Assembly (NCBI RefSeq): GCF_001194135.2
Contig: NC_068992.1
Span: 43,992,310-44,045,080, forward strand
Length of the DNA: 52,771 nucleotides
Source: Octopus bimaculoides
Taxonomy: Eukaryota
Direction of reading: 5' to 3'
Position numbers and translations under genes: made by a program. The notes under the pieces are model-generated. The model made no database searches, was not told the DNA's origin, and saw only the letters and a program-made list of their open reading frames with translations. Below are positions 12,402 to 22,761 of the stretch, in pieces; positions within the stretch are counted from its first letter, which is position 1, and each line of letters starts with the position of its first letter.

Positions 12402-12600
12402 TTTTACTTGTTTCAGTCATTTGACTGCAGCCATGCTGGAGCACCGCCTTTAGTCGAGCAAATTGATCCCAGAACTTATTCTTTGTAAGTTTAGTACTTA
12501 TTTTATCGTATTCTTTTGCCGAACCGTTAAGTTACGCGGACGTACTTGCCCTAGCATCTATTGTCAAGTGATGTTGGTGGTGGGGGGTCAAACACAGACA
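12402..12600 (-). mobile_element. SINE family B 3' half, tail-to-tail with the family A copy
   Basis: The reverse complement reads GGTTCGGCAAAAGAA...GCTCGACTAAAGGCGGTGCTCCAGCATGGCTGCAGTCAAATGACTGAAACAAGTAAAA, matching 16200-16330, 20075-20115 and 32710-32820. Confidence 0.85.
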
Positions 12601-12689
12601 CATAGACATACACACACACAGATAAATTAAACAACTTTACAAATTGAGGCTATTAACCTCTTACTTCACAACATCAATAAGTCCTTGAA

Positions 12690-13330
12690 CTGAGGCACCT
12701 GCCTCTTACACTTTTCTTTTTATGGGCCACATGCCCCTTCAATATGAGGCACATGTCCTCTTACACTTTACCATCCGACCAGACTCAGTGTTTCACTCAA
12801 GCACCTCGATGGTCCTAGATCGGACCACTTCAGCATGAAGCGGAATGCATACACGAGGAAGGAATCCATCACCCTGTACAAATCATTTTCCCACACGACC
12901 TCCGCAGCCACTTGCGGGGATAATCAGGGTCTTTGGTACAAGTGAGGATCCCTCCCCTCGGACCTTTCCTAAGTAAACTTCTTCACAAATTCTTGGACGC
13001 CCCCCCCTTGTGGAAGAGGATTACAAATTCCTCCTCCTTACAGGGCGAGGTCACAGTTTCTACTGTCGGCAGCACAATTCCCACCGACAGGCCTTCCTCC
13101 ATTGGTGTCACGGCTTCATAGTCTCCATTGCAGCTGTCCATGTTATGCTTTACAGTCTTTACAACGCTCGAAGAGCATTGATCAGTAGTCATGATGTCAC
13201 CATTTTAATAGTCGGCGCAAATCATCATAGTATGATAACTCTTTTCTAATATTCAGATGGTTTTCAGTCCTTCGTGTCAGCTAACTTTTTTCAACTACAA
13301 CTGTAGTCGTTACGCTCTCCCACGCCGTCA
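12690..13330 (-). mobile_element. GC-richer decayed retroelement remnant, possibly an L1/Tx1 ORF2 3' end
   Basis: Composition shifts from the AT-rich background. One minus frame reads LSPQVAAEVVWENDLYRVMDSFLVYAFRFMLKW...RCLSETL..GW, which weakly resembles Tx1 ORF2 C-termini. No diagnostic motif is intact. Confidence 0.3.
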
Positions 13331-13455
13331 ACTGTTCATTAACACATCAAGCTGTTTCTGATAAAAGAAGACATAAAATGTCAAATTTAGTTCTTCCTTT
13401 GTGTGTGTGTGCGTGTACGTGTGTATTTGCGTGTGTACGCGTTTGTGTGTGTATA

Positions 13456-13491
<36 letters not shown>

Positions 13492-14749
13492 TGTATGTAT
13501 GTATGCATGTATGTATATATATATATATATATGTATANNNNNNNNNNNNNNNNNNNNNNNNNNNNNNNNNNNNNNNNNNNNNNNNNNNNNNNNNNNNNNN
13601 NNNNNNNNNNNNNNNNNNNNNNNNNNNNNNNNNNNNNNNNNNNNNNNNNNNNNNNNNNNNNNNNNNNNNNNNNNNNNNNNNNNNNNNNNNNNNNNNNNNN
13701 NNNNNNNNNNNNNNNNNNNNNNNNNNNNNNNNNNNNNNNNNNNNNNNNNNNNNNNNNNNNNNNNNNNNNNNNNNNNNNNNNNNNNNNNNNNNNNNNNNNN
13801 NNNNNNNNNNNNNNNNNNNNNNNNNNNNNNNNNNNNNNNNNNNNNNNNNNNNNNNNNNNNNNNNNNNNNNNNNNNNNNNNNNNNNNNNNNNNNNNNNNNN
13901 NNNNNNNNNNNNNNNNNNNNNNNNNNNNNNNNNNNNNNNNNNNNNNNNNNNNNNNNNNNNNNNNNNNNNNNNNNNNNNNNNNNNNNNNNNNNNNNNNNNN
14001 NNNNNNNNNNNNNNNNNNNNNNNNNNNNNNNNNNNNNNNNNNNNNNNNNNNNNNNNNNNNNNNNNNNNNNNNNNNNNNNNNNNNNNNNNNNNNNNNNNNN
14101 NNNNNNNNNNNNNNNNNNNNNNNNNNNNNNNNNNNNNNNNNNNNNNNNNNNNNNNNNNNNNNNNNNNNNNNNNNNNNNNNNNNNNNNNNNNNNNNNNNNN
14201 NNNNNNNNNNNNNNNNNNNNNNNNNNNNNNNNNNNNNNNNNNNNNNNNNNNNNNNNNNNNNNNNNNNNNNNNNNNNNNNNNNNNNNNNNNNNNNNNNNNN
14301 NNNNNNNNNNNNNNNNNNNNNNNNNNNNNNNNNNNNNNNNNNNNNNNNNNNNNNNNNNNNNNNNNNNNNNNNNNNNNNNNNNNNNNNNNNNNNNNNNNNN
14401 NNNNNNNNNNNNNNNNNNNNNNNNNNNNNNNNNNNNNNNNNTATATATATTAGACGTATATTTGATCGGTAGAGGGAAACTACATCCATACTACCCACTA
14501 CACAACCTGCGAGGTAGTTGGAGCGGTTGCAACTATTGATTCTACTGAGAAGATTCCCCGTGTTCGCTTAGACATCCGGGGACATTTCAATGAGTGGTCG
14601 TAATACCTGTAAGAGGAAGCCGGATAGCCTATAAGTGTTGGAGATATTTGCTCTGCAAATTGGCCGGGTAGGGGACCCACTAGGTTACAAAGTGGAAGAC
14701 AACCTATTGGAGTAGGAGAGGAGATATGTTTTCACTACATGGATTATCT

Positions 14750-15381
14750 TTTTTTTTGTTTCTGACTCAAAGTGGTGTGATGAACCCAACATTCATCTTG
14801 GATTAGGAAACATTTCCGAAATTAATCTGGATCTGCCGCAAACAATGTCAGATTTTTCGTGATGTGATCATCTTGGTGCGCTTTTGATCAGCTGTCAGGA
14901 GGCGCGGCACCCACTGAGCAGTAACCTTCATCATGCCACGATATGCTAATAGCGTTGGCTATTTGATTTATAGCCAATCGCCTGTCATCCATCATCATGT
15001 GGTGAGTGAAATCAATGTTTTCCTCGGTGGTGGCAGTTGCAAGACGTCCAGAACTTGGGTAATCTTCAAAACTCTTCCTACCGCCCATAAATCCAGCAAC
15101 CCAATTTTGCACTGTTGATAAAGCTGGAGCGTCATCCCTTAATGTCAGTATGAATGCGCTCGGGGGCTAGACCGTTATTCTGCAAGTACTTGATAACACC
15201 ACGATGCCAGTTTTGGTTCATTGATAAGAGAAGTCGCTATCAGTTACTTTTGAAGTCTTCTTTAAGAAGTCAGATGTCAGTTTACCCGGAAAGAAACAAC
15301 GCAGTTATTAATAAGAAAATCTGAAATTAATGCATGCAAGTTTCACAGCTCTAGCATCATTCCTTCATAGTCAGCCTGTGA
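14750..15381 (-). mobile_element. Mariner 5' part, same family as 27987-29131
   Basis: QNWVAGFMGGRKSFEDYPSSGRLATATTEENIDFTHHMMMDDRRLAINQIANAISIS...KVTAQWVPRLLTADQKRTK...QDECWVHH. The inner TIR part TTCACAGGCTGACTATGAAGGA at 15361-15381 matches 28000-28021. Confidence 0.9.
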
Positions 15382-15394
15382 AAAGTGCCTGAAA

Positions 15395-16090
15395 CCAATT
15401 TGGGGCATATACCGCTCAAGGAAGACGTTTTGTCAGAGCTGAAGTGAGATTTCCAACTGAAGAAGCTAAAGAATATGCAAACACAACTCTAAAATGCGAC
15501 GAACTGCGGCTGATTCCGACATACCTCAGTTGGAGGGTTGTAAAAGTAAAGGTGGCAGAATTACCACCAAGGTAGATATCTCATTGCTTGTGGCGACCGT
15601 ACTATACGGCAGAGGAGATAAAGCAACCGTTCTCCAAGTCCAAAAAGAAAGTAAAGAAAATTGGTCGGGTACAGAGATGGAACTATTCATTCAGACCGAC
15701 TAAATAGGCATAGGAGCCATCTCTGACTTGATCAGCCTTCCATATTGTTTGCTGCATTTCACAGCAGCTGAGGGCTGAAGGCTAAGATTTATAAGTTTTC
15801 TACTATCTGCAAAAGGAAACAACTCCCTACTGCCAACACGTCTGTTCTGTGTATACTGACTATAGAATCACTACTCCAGAAATTCGAGATGTTGAGGTGC
15901 ATCTCGAGCGAACTAGAACGTGGGAAAACGGTGTCGCCATACACGAACAACATCACCGGCATAATGTCAGATACCTGGCATATAGATATGATCGGATCTG
16001 CTCTAAAGGAAAATAATGTGTTGATGGAACAAAAGTCAAGCAAAGAAAGTCTGTGAGCCTTCACATGGAGAGATAAAACCATGTAGTTCA
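15395..16090 (+). mobile_element. Decayed coding remnant, probably non-LTR retrotransposon ORF1 (L1/Tx1-like)
   Basis: AYTAQGRRFVRAEVRFPTEEAKEYANTTLKCDELRLIPTYLSWRVVKVKVAELPP-KVDISLLVATVL...NWSG... is protein-like across a frameshift. It begins exactly where the adjacent mariner TIR is cut. The family call is from memory. Confidence 0.4.
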
Positions 16091-16159
16091 TAACATTTTA
16101 GGACAGCTGGATGGACAGACCGATTAAACTGATTGGTGTTCGTGCCCATTACCAAGCTT

Positions 16160-16376
16160 TTAAGACCCGGAGTTGGTTTGTTTCTGTCCTCGTAACTTAA
16201 TGGTTTGGCAAGAGAAACCGAATGAATAAGTGCAAAGCTTAAAAAAAAAATAAGTACTGGGGTCGATTCGTTCGACTAAAATCTTTGAAGGCGGTGTTCC
16301 GGCATGGACTTAGTCCATTAACTGAAGCAATTAAAAGGTAGAAGATATTAACTGAAGCAATTAAAAGGTAGAAGAT
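16160..16376 (+). mobile_element. SINE family B 3' half with a perfect 30-bp tandem duplication at the tail
   Basis: CTCGTAACTTAATGGTTTGGCAAGAGAAACCG...TAAGTACTGGGGTCGATTCGTTCGACTAAA...GGCGGTGTTCCGGCATGG. ATTAACTGAAGCAATTAAAAGGTAGAAGAT occurs at 16317-16346 and 16347-16376. Confidence 0.85.
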
Positions 16377-17101
16377 GAAACTGCAAAGCAGTCTGTTGAA
16401 AATGGTAAGAACAACGGTATCAATACTGCTGCAGCTATATTGGTCGGAATCAGATGTAATTCTCCACAAGATATATGAAAACAGTGAAATCTGTTTACAC
16501 AGACACACAGACACACACACACACACACACATGCACACATACGTACGCACGCAGACACGCGTACATGCATTCATATATAGACACAAACATACATTTATGT
16601 ATGCATATACATATGTATATACATGCATACGTTACCCACACACATATACAGAGTAAAAGGTAATATTACATACGGAGCTCATCTTCCTTTTCTACACTCT
16701 CTTCCTCCTCTATTACTTCTTATTCTTCTCCTTCTCCTTCTCCTTCAGCACATAAAAAAGAGACAGATCAATACGTTACGCTTCTTTCGTCATTGTACCT
16801 GTTGTGCGATCTAGAAATTTAACGCTATTTTTACACAGGAAACGGATTTTGAATATTATTGCTAGGTATCAGTTCACAAAAAATAATTCATATTGGGTTA
16901 GTGCTGAATTGAAAATTATATACGGAAGAATGATTGATTCGTTGGCTTATTTTAAAACATTTTATATATATTTCATTGAAGCCGAAGCTCTCTGAGAAGT
17001 TAATTCTATAACACGACCTGAGCATTATCAACACTGAATAATTCTTAAGTACAAAGTTACAATCTTTTTTGCATATAACTTGATATAAAAAGACACACAC
17101 A

Positions 17102-17134
<33 letters not shown>

Positions 17135-17689
17135 CACACATATACTGGAAAGTTCGCGTACGATACACTAGTGTTTAAAGTTTTCATTGTTTTCTGCTTC
17201 TTTGATTATTTGTATTACATTAACACACACATATTTATTTGCTTTTATACTGATGCTGCTGAAGACACGACAAAGAAAGGAAATACTTTTTAGCGTATTT
17301 TACTTCGCATCAACGATACTTTCCTTCAAATGTATGTGATTACGCCACCTTGTGTTCCATTAATATTTCTAGTCGTCCTCTCCTTCATGTACACACAAAC
17401 ATCTGCGCGTGTGTGTATACATATATATATATATATATATATCAATTAATCAAAGGACATATTAAGTATGTCTACCTGCTGGAAATAACAGTCAAAACTA
17501 TTATTTAAATCACCAAAATACACTGATAATAACTACAGAAATCAACCGTCTGAAGGCAAACGGGATAAGACAATCTCTCAGCATATATTCAAGTATTTGG
17601 ACTTACGTGGACCAGTTTCTGGACTGGCATTACAGCTTCATCTTCCTCAGCATGCGTTACAATGATGGAGAGCCCCAACCCGTCACGGC

Positions 17690-18040
17690 TTGGGTGTTGG
17701 CTTTTTACATTTATGCACTTCCGGCTACTTTGAAAACCTCCACCACAACGAAGTAATATGCACCCCTAAGTGGACATACATAATCACCATGCAGTCTGGC
17801 CCATGGGCCATCTATTTTTGGGGCCACGGTTGTCATTTAATGGTAGGCGCTTTTGCAGCTAAGGCACAACCTGTGCATACTTTCACTGATTCTTCAATGT
17901 CACGTTGATTGTTGGCCAATATACATAACTTCTCATTTAACCATTCTTTACCTTGTGGAACCGATGCCCTGTAAAGACATCTGAGTCTAAGTTTCAATCT
18001 TTTGAGCACTACTAAGTGTCATCTACATTGAGAATCTCTG
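17690..18040 (-). mobile_element. Ty3/Gypsy LTR retrotransposon integrase fragment (zinc-binding region and start of core)
   Basis: Minus strand across frameshifts gives MRSYVYWPTIN-DIEESVKVCTGCALAAKAPTIK*QPWP-KIDGPWARLHGDYVCPLRGAYYFVVVEVF. This matches the Gypsy integrase pattern RSYVYWP..DIE..V..C..C...PW.R.H.DY.GP...Y.L.VVD. The fragment abuts the gap at 18076. Confidence 0.85.
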
Positions 18041-18867
18041 GATCTCATCTGTGAACTATATATATATATATATATNNNNNNNNNNNNNNNNNNNNNNNNN
18101 NNNNNNNNNNNNNNNNNNNNNNNNNNNNNNNNNNNNNNNNNNNNNNNNNNNNNNNNNNNNNNNNNNNNNNNNNNNNNNNNNNNNNNNNNNNNNNNNNNNN
18201 NNNNNNNNNNNNNNNNNNNNNNNNNNNNNNNNNNNNNNNNNNNNNNNNNNNNNNNNNNNNNNNNNNNNNNNNNNNNNNNNNNNNNNNNNNNNNNNNNNNN
18301 NNNNNNNNNNNNNNNNNNNNNNNNNNNNNNNNNNNNNNNNNNNNNNNNNNNNNNNNNNNNNNNNNNNNNNNNNNNNNNNNNNNNNNNNNNNNNNNNNNNN
18401 NNNNNNNNNNNNNNNNNNNNNNNNNNNNNNNNNNNNNNNNNNNNNNNNNNNNNNNNNNNNNNNNNNNNNNNNNNNNNNNNNNNNNNNNNNNNNNNNNNNN
18501 NNNNNNNNNNNNNNNNNNNNNNNNNNNNNNNNNNNNNNNNNNNNNNNNNNNNNNNNNNNNNNNNNNNNNNNNNNNNNNNNNNNNNNNNNNNNNNNNNNNN
18601 NNNNNNNNNNNNNNNNNNNNNNNNNNNNNNNNNNNNNNNNNNNNNNNNNNNNNNNNNNNNNNNNNNNNNNNNNNNNNNNNNNNNNNNNNNNNNNNNNNNN
18701 NNNNNNNNNNNNNNNNNNNNNNNNNNNNNNNNNNNNNNNNNNNNNNNNNNNNNNNNNNNNNNNNNNNNNNNNNNNNNNNNNNNNNNNNNNNNNNNNNNNN
18801 NNGTGTGAGAGAGAGAGAGAGAGAAGAGGAGGGAAGGAAGAGGAAAAGGAGGAGGAGGGGACGAGGA

Positions 18868-18942
18868 GAAGAAGAAGAAGAAGAAGAAGAAGAAGAAGAA
18901 GAAGAAGAAGAAGAAGAAGAAGAAGAAGAAGAAGAAGAAGAA
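18868..18942. repeat. (GAA)n microsatellite within a purine-rich tract
   Basis: Directly visible. Confidence 0.95.
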
Positions 18943-20070
18943 ATTCCTACTAAAACAGAAAATGTGTTCTTGCTGATCAAATTAATACAATTAATATAGA
19001 AAAATAGAATTGTATAAAAAGGGACATTCTAACGTGTCTTTAGTAAATAGGGTGGGATGAATATGGAAAAAATGGTGTCAGAATTAAATTGGGGGATGTG
19101 ACATAAAAATTGAGAAATAACTCGTTTCAGAAATACATTCATTAAGCGTCTCTAAATAGAAGTTAATTTAGTGTTTCAATGTACTTTCACTAATCGATTG
19201 ATAAAAACATTTTATGATATTTGAATCGATATTGCAAAGTAATAAAAATAGATTTTTGAGTTTATATTGCCTACGATGAAAATGTACTTTTACTTTCATT
19301 AGTCTTTCTAGATTATTTCTATTTCAGTGTTGATGATTTCCAATTAGTTCTTTTCATTAGGGTTTTCTTCTCAGCTATTAATTATGCCTTCTTTGATGTA
19401 ATTTTCCCTCTAGACTTAATTATATTCGTTTGTTCTCTGTTGCTCAACCAATCATACTTTATACAGGAATTGTCTCAAATATTTCTACTAGAGAATCATT
19501 GAAAGGCCACACTTTTAGCATCTACGCTAGTACACAATATGTATGTCATTATTCAGTTTTATTTCAAGATTTCTTGCCAATAGAGAAAGAGTCGGTTTCT
19601 AACCTGGATCCAATCCTCCTTCATCAGAATTTCAACATCAACAAAAGGATATCTTTTGTTTGTATGTATGTAGTATGTTTTTCCTTTACATGTGCATTGC
19701 TTCTCTTTTTTTTTTTGAGACATATATTTATATATATTTCTATTCAGAAGTCCTGCAGCAATGGGAAGGTGGCAAAGCATGCAAACCTGACGAGTTGGAA
19801 GCATGTAGTCTGCGACCTGCATGTAGGCAGTCCATGTTAGACATAACGTCACCTCCTTATCACCCAAGACAGCGATGGGATTCGGTTGCTGCATGAGTGT
19901 TTGAGCAGCTCCATTTGGGGAGGGCACTGCTCACTCGGAGGCCGGGGAGGTTCTAGAAAAGGTGAACTAAAAATTGTCTGTCTTTCACTATCTGGTCAGT
20001 TTAGCGGGATTGACGGGATGTCCATCCTGCGCTCGAAAAGTAAAGAGAATTCTTATAAAATTTTCTTGGA

Positions 20071-20120
20071 ACTGCATGGCCGCAGTCAAATGACTGAAAC
20101 AAGTAAAAGAGTGAAAGAGA
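20071..20120 (+). mobile_element. SINE family B extreme 3' tail
   Basis: GCATGGCCGCAGTCAAATGACTGAAACAAGTAAAAGAGTGAAAGAG. Confidence 0.8.
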
Positions 20121-20220
20121 TATGTATGTATGTGTGTATGTATGTATGCATGTATGTCTCTATGTATGTAACTATATTTATGTGTGTGAGTATGTGGTGC
20201 GCGTGCATGCGTGTGTGCAT

Positions 20221-20350
20221 TTTTGCGGCTATAGGATATTTGACTCTTGTTTCTTGTAATGTAAATGCTACTCCGCACACTCAGTCCTTATTGGTGACAA
20301 TTGAAATTTTCATCTTTCGTTTTATATTACGTCTTGACGTCTTCGTTATT
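20221..20350 (+). repeat. 130-bp imperfect direct repeat, copy 1
   Basis: Ungapped alignment to 20549-20678 gives 102/130 identities (78%) by manual count, offset 328 bp. Confidence 0.95.
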
Positions 20351-20432
20351 TTATAACTTTCACGTTATCATTTTGTTGAATCAGCCATTGATTCATATGG
20401 TAAATACCATATATTGACAGCTGGAATTTAAC

Positions 20433-20530
20433 CTGACAATCAGCGACGGAGTAGTCACTACTGATGAGCTAAGCAAAACTAGCTAGTATAGCGACCTCGC
20501 CCGCTGTGGGGCAGTTATCTCCCCTGTCAG
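20433..20530 (+). ncRNA. Type I hammerhead ribozyme (palindromic stem III), carrying two CpG-type substitutions
   Basis: Core CTGATGA 20461-20467; stem II GC-TAA-GC 20468-20474; AAAA instead of GAAA at 20475-20478 (CG>CA); palindrome ACTAGCTAGT 20478-20487; GTA triplet 20486-20488. Stem I is GTCACTA 20454-20460 with TAGCGAC 20489-20495 (6/7 pairs; the mismatch is CG>CA). It extends through a TA bulge to GAG/CTC, then CAGCG 20441-20445 with CGCTG 20502-20506, and closes with CTGACA 20433-20438 and TGTCAG 20525-20530. Confidence 0.8.
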
Positions 20531-20548
20531 TGCATAGACATGTGCTTT

Positions 20549-20678
20549 TTTTGCGGCTATAGTGTCTTTGATTCTTGTTTCTAGCAATTTAGATTCTACC
20601 CCGCACCCTCAGTCACTATTAATGACAACTGAAAATTTCGTTTTTTGTTCTGTATTGTGTCTAGCCGCCTTCCTTATT
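20549..20678 (+). repeat. 130-bp imperfect direct repeat, copy 2
   Basis: See 20221-20350. It ends abruptly at a (CA)n-like tract. Confidence 0.95.
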
Positions 20679-22135
20679 TCACATACGTACACACACGTAC
20701 ACACACACATACACAAACACAAACACATGTTATATAAAGGTATAAAGCAATCTTTGTTAATGTCATGGTCACGTATTTAGATCAAGTGTCATTGATATTC
20801 TTTCCAATCAATGCGGACATCATACATGTTTGTTAAAAGGAAATAGATCGATCGAAGTAACGTTGGATACTCAATTTAATAGAACTTGAAAATCCTTTGA
20901 GAAGCAAGATTCGCAATGAATCAAAAAAAGAAAGAAAGTTATATTGCAATTAATTGATCGAAGTTGAAGCTACAGACCTATGAAAGTATTTTATTCTTTG
21001 CATTTATGCATAATAATATATCTCTTATACAAATTACAACTGGTATGATTAGCAATGTGGTTATGAAAGAGAAATGTTACTGGCGATTTGCTCATATATA
21101 TGCACACATTTTATACAAGTGTACACACAGACACTCTTAGTAATGTACACTTATGTATGATGAGATGTAAAGATGTATAAATCTGAATAAAACGAACGTG
21201 GTGACAAATGAAAACAAAAACAAAATGCCAAGAGAGCTACGTTAAAAATGAGTAAATCGAAAGTCTCGGCTACGAGATTACAGTATTACGAGATTTTGGT
21301 ATGGGCTGTGTTAAAATACGTAAACCAGAAATCAACAACAGAACCGAGCTGATGGTATGGACTTACTTTTTAACTATTTCACTTTACCTACCATTTACCT
21401 ACTCAACTTGTCTCTTTTTTCTCGCTCATTTCTCATTTCTCTGTAAGACTTAAACTTCTTATATATTTTAACAACATGTCTCATCCATTTTAAACAAATT
21501 GATGAGTTTTATGGGACGTCATACCATAAATTCACCATATATTATATACAAGTGCTACTTCCATATCTTCGCAAATTTACGCCGGTAAACTCCCAGCAAA
21601 ATATGAAGAATCAACATTCGAAATCTTTTTTGGAAATCTCCAAATTAAAGGACGAATCCAACATTACAACATTTTGCTATACCCAACGCCTTTCTACAAC
21701 CTACCTTATTAGAACAAAGAAACTCTCAAAATATCTTATTTATTAACCATATTTTAAAGTCAATCACATACTACGCTTGTCATGTCGCTCACCTTTTACT
21801 ACTCTTGTAGCAACGTCACTCTACCGCGTCGGCTGATACTACTAAAATCAATCAAACGCAACGACGAGTGGAGGAGTTCAAGCAATGATTTCGTTACAAC
21901 TTACTAAGAGGTCGATGACACATTTTCCCGAACACTTTGATTATTATATTTTTTTCTGTTTGAAAAGGATAATTTTCCTCAAATTCCATAGAATCCTGAA
22001 ACAACCTATGTAAGGTAATACGTCATTGTTTATATTTTTGCTTTCATATCGTATATTGATATCGTCTTACATATTTTGCTTGACTCGTCACCGGTATTGC
22101 TCAAAGGTTTTTGCAAACACACATACACTTACACA

Positions 22136-22167
<32 letters not shown>

Positions 22168-22181
22168 CACACGCACACGCG

Positions 22182-22241
<60 letters not shown>

Positions 22242-22695
22242 TGTCGCTTCTGTTTTTAATCTGAAGACGAAACTGGTTTCTAATAAAGATGACATCTTTG
22301 GATTATATTTTTAACCCGAGAAAAGTCTTGAACATTTCTTCTAGCCAAATTCCTTTCCTATGTCAGCTGAAAATGTTAATTTCAGTTGTATTTTTTTGCA
22401 TTGTTAACATTTTTAGCATATATCTTGAGTTCATATATGTATGTATGTATCTCATATATCATCATTCAGTATACAGTTAATTCGAGGAAGTTATATCCTC
22501 ATTAGAGATTATATAATCCAAGGTATTCCACTGGTTTCTTCCCTGTCATATAATGCGTATACATGTATGTATCTATTTAAATATCTGTCTATATATGCAT
22601 ATGTGTATATATATACATACATATATACATACATACACAAACATTCATATATAAATATATATTTATAGATAGTAAGATAGATGCATAAATGAATA

Positions 22696-22761
<66 letters not shown>

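Noticed and set aside
20221-20678. Both 130-bp repeats have an in-frame TGA in D*xCG on the minus strand (selenocysteine idea)
   Set aside because: Differences between the copies show no synonymous bias and there is no SECIS evidence. The shared TGA simply reflects duplication.
21992-22009. Possible 18-nt microexon (NPETTY); similar small candidates at 25304-25328 and 30170-30204
   Set aside because: Splice signals are only moderate and such matches are expected by chance in AT-rich DNA.
22261-22290. CTGAAGA-C-GAAA-CTGGTT hammerhead-like string
   Set aside because: No stem II and no stem I pairing. A match of this size is plausible by chance.
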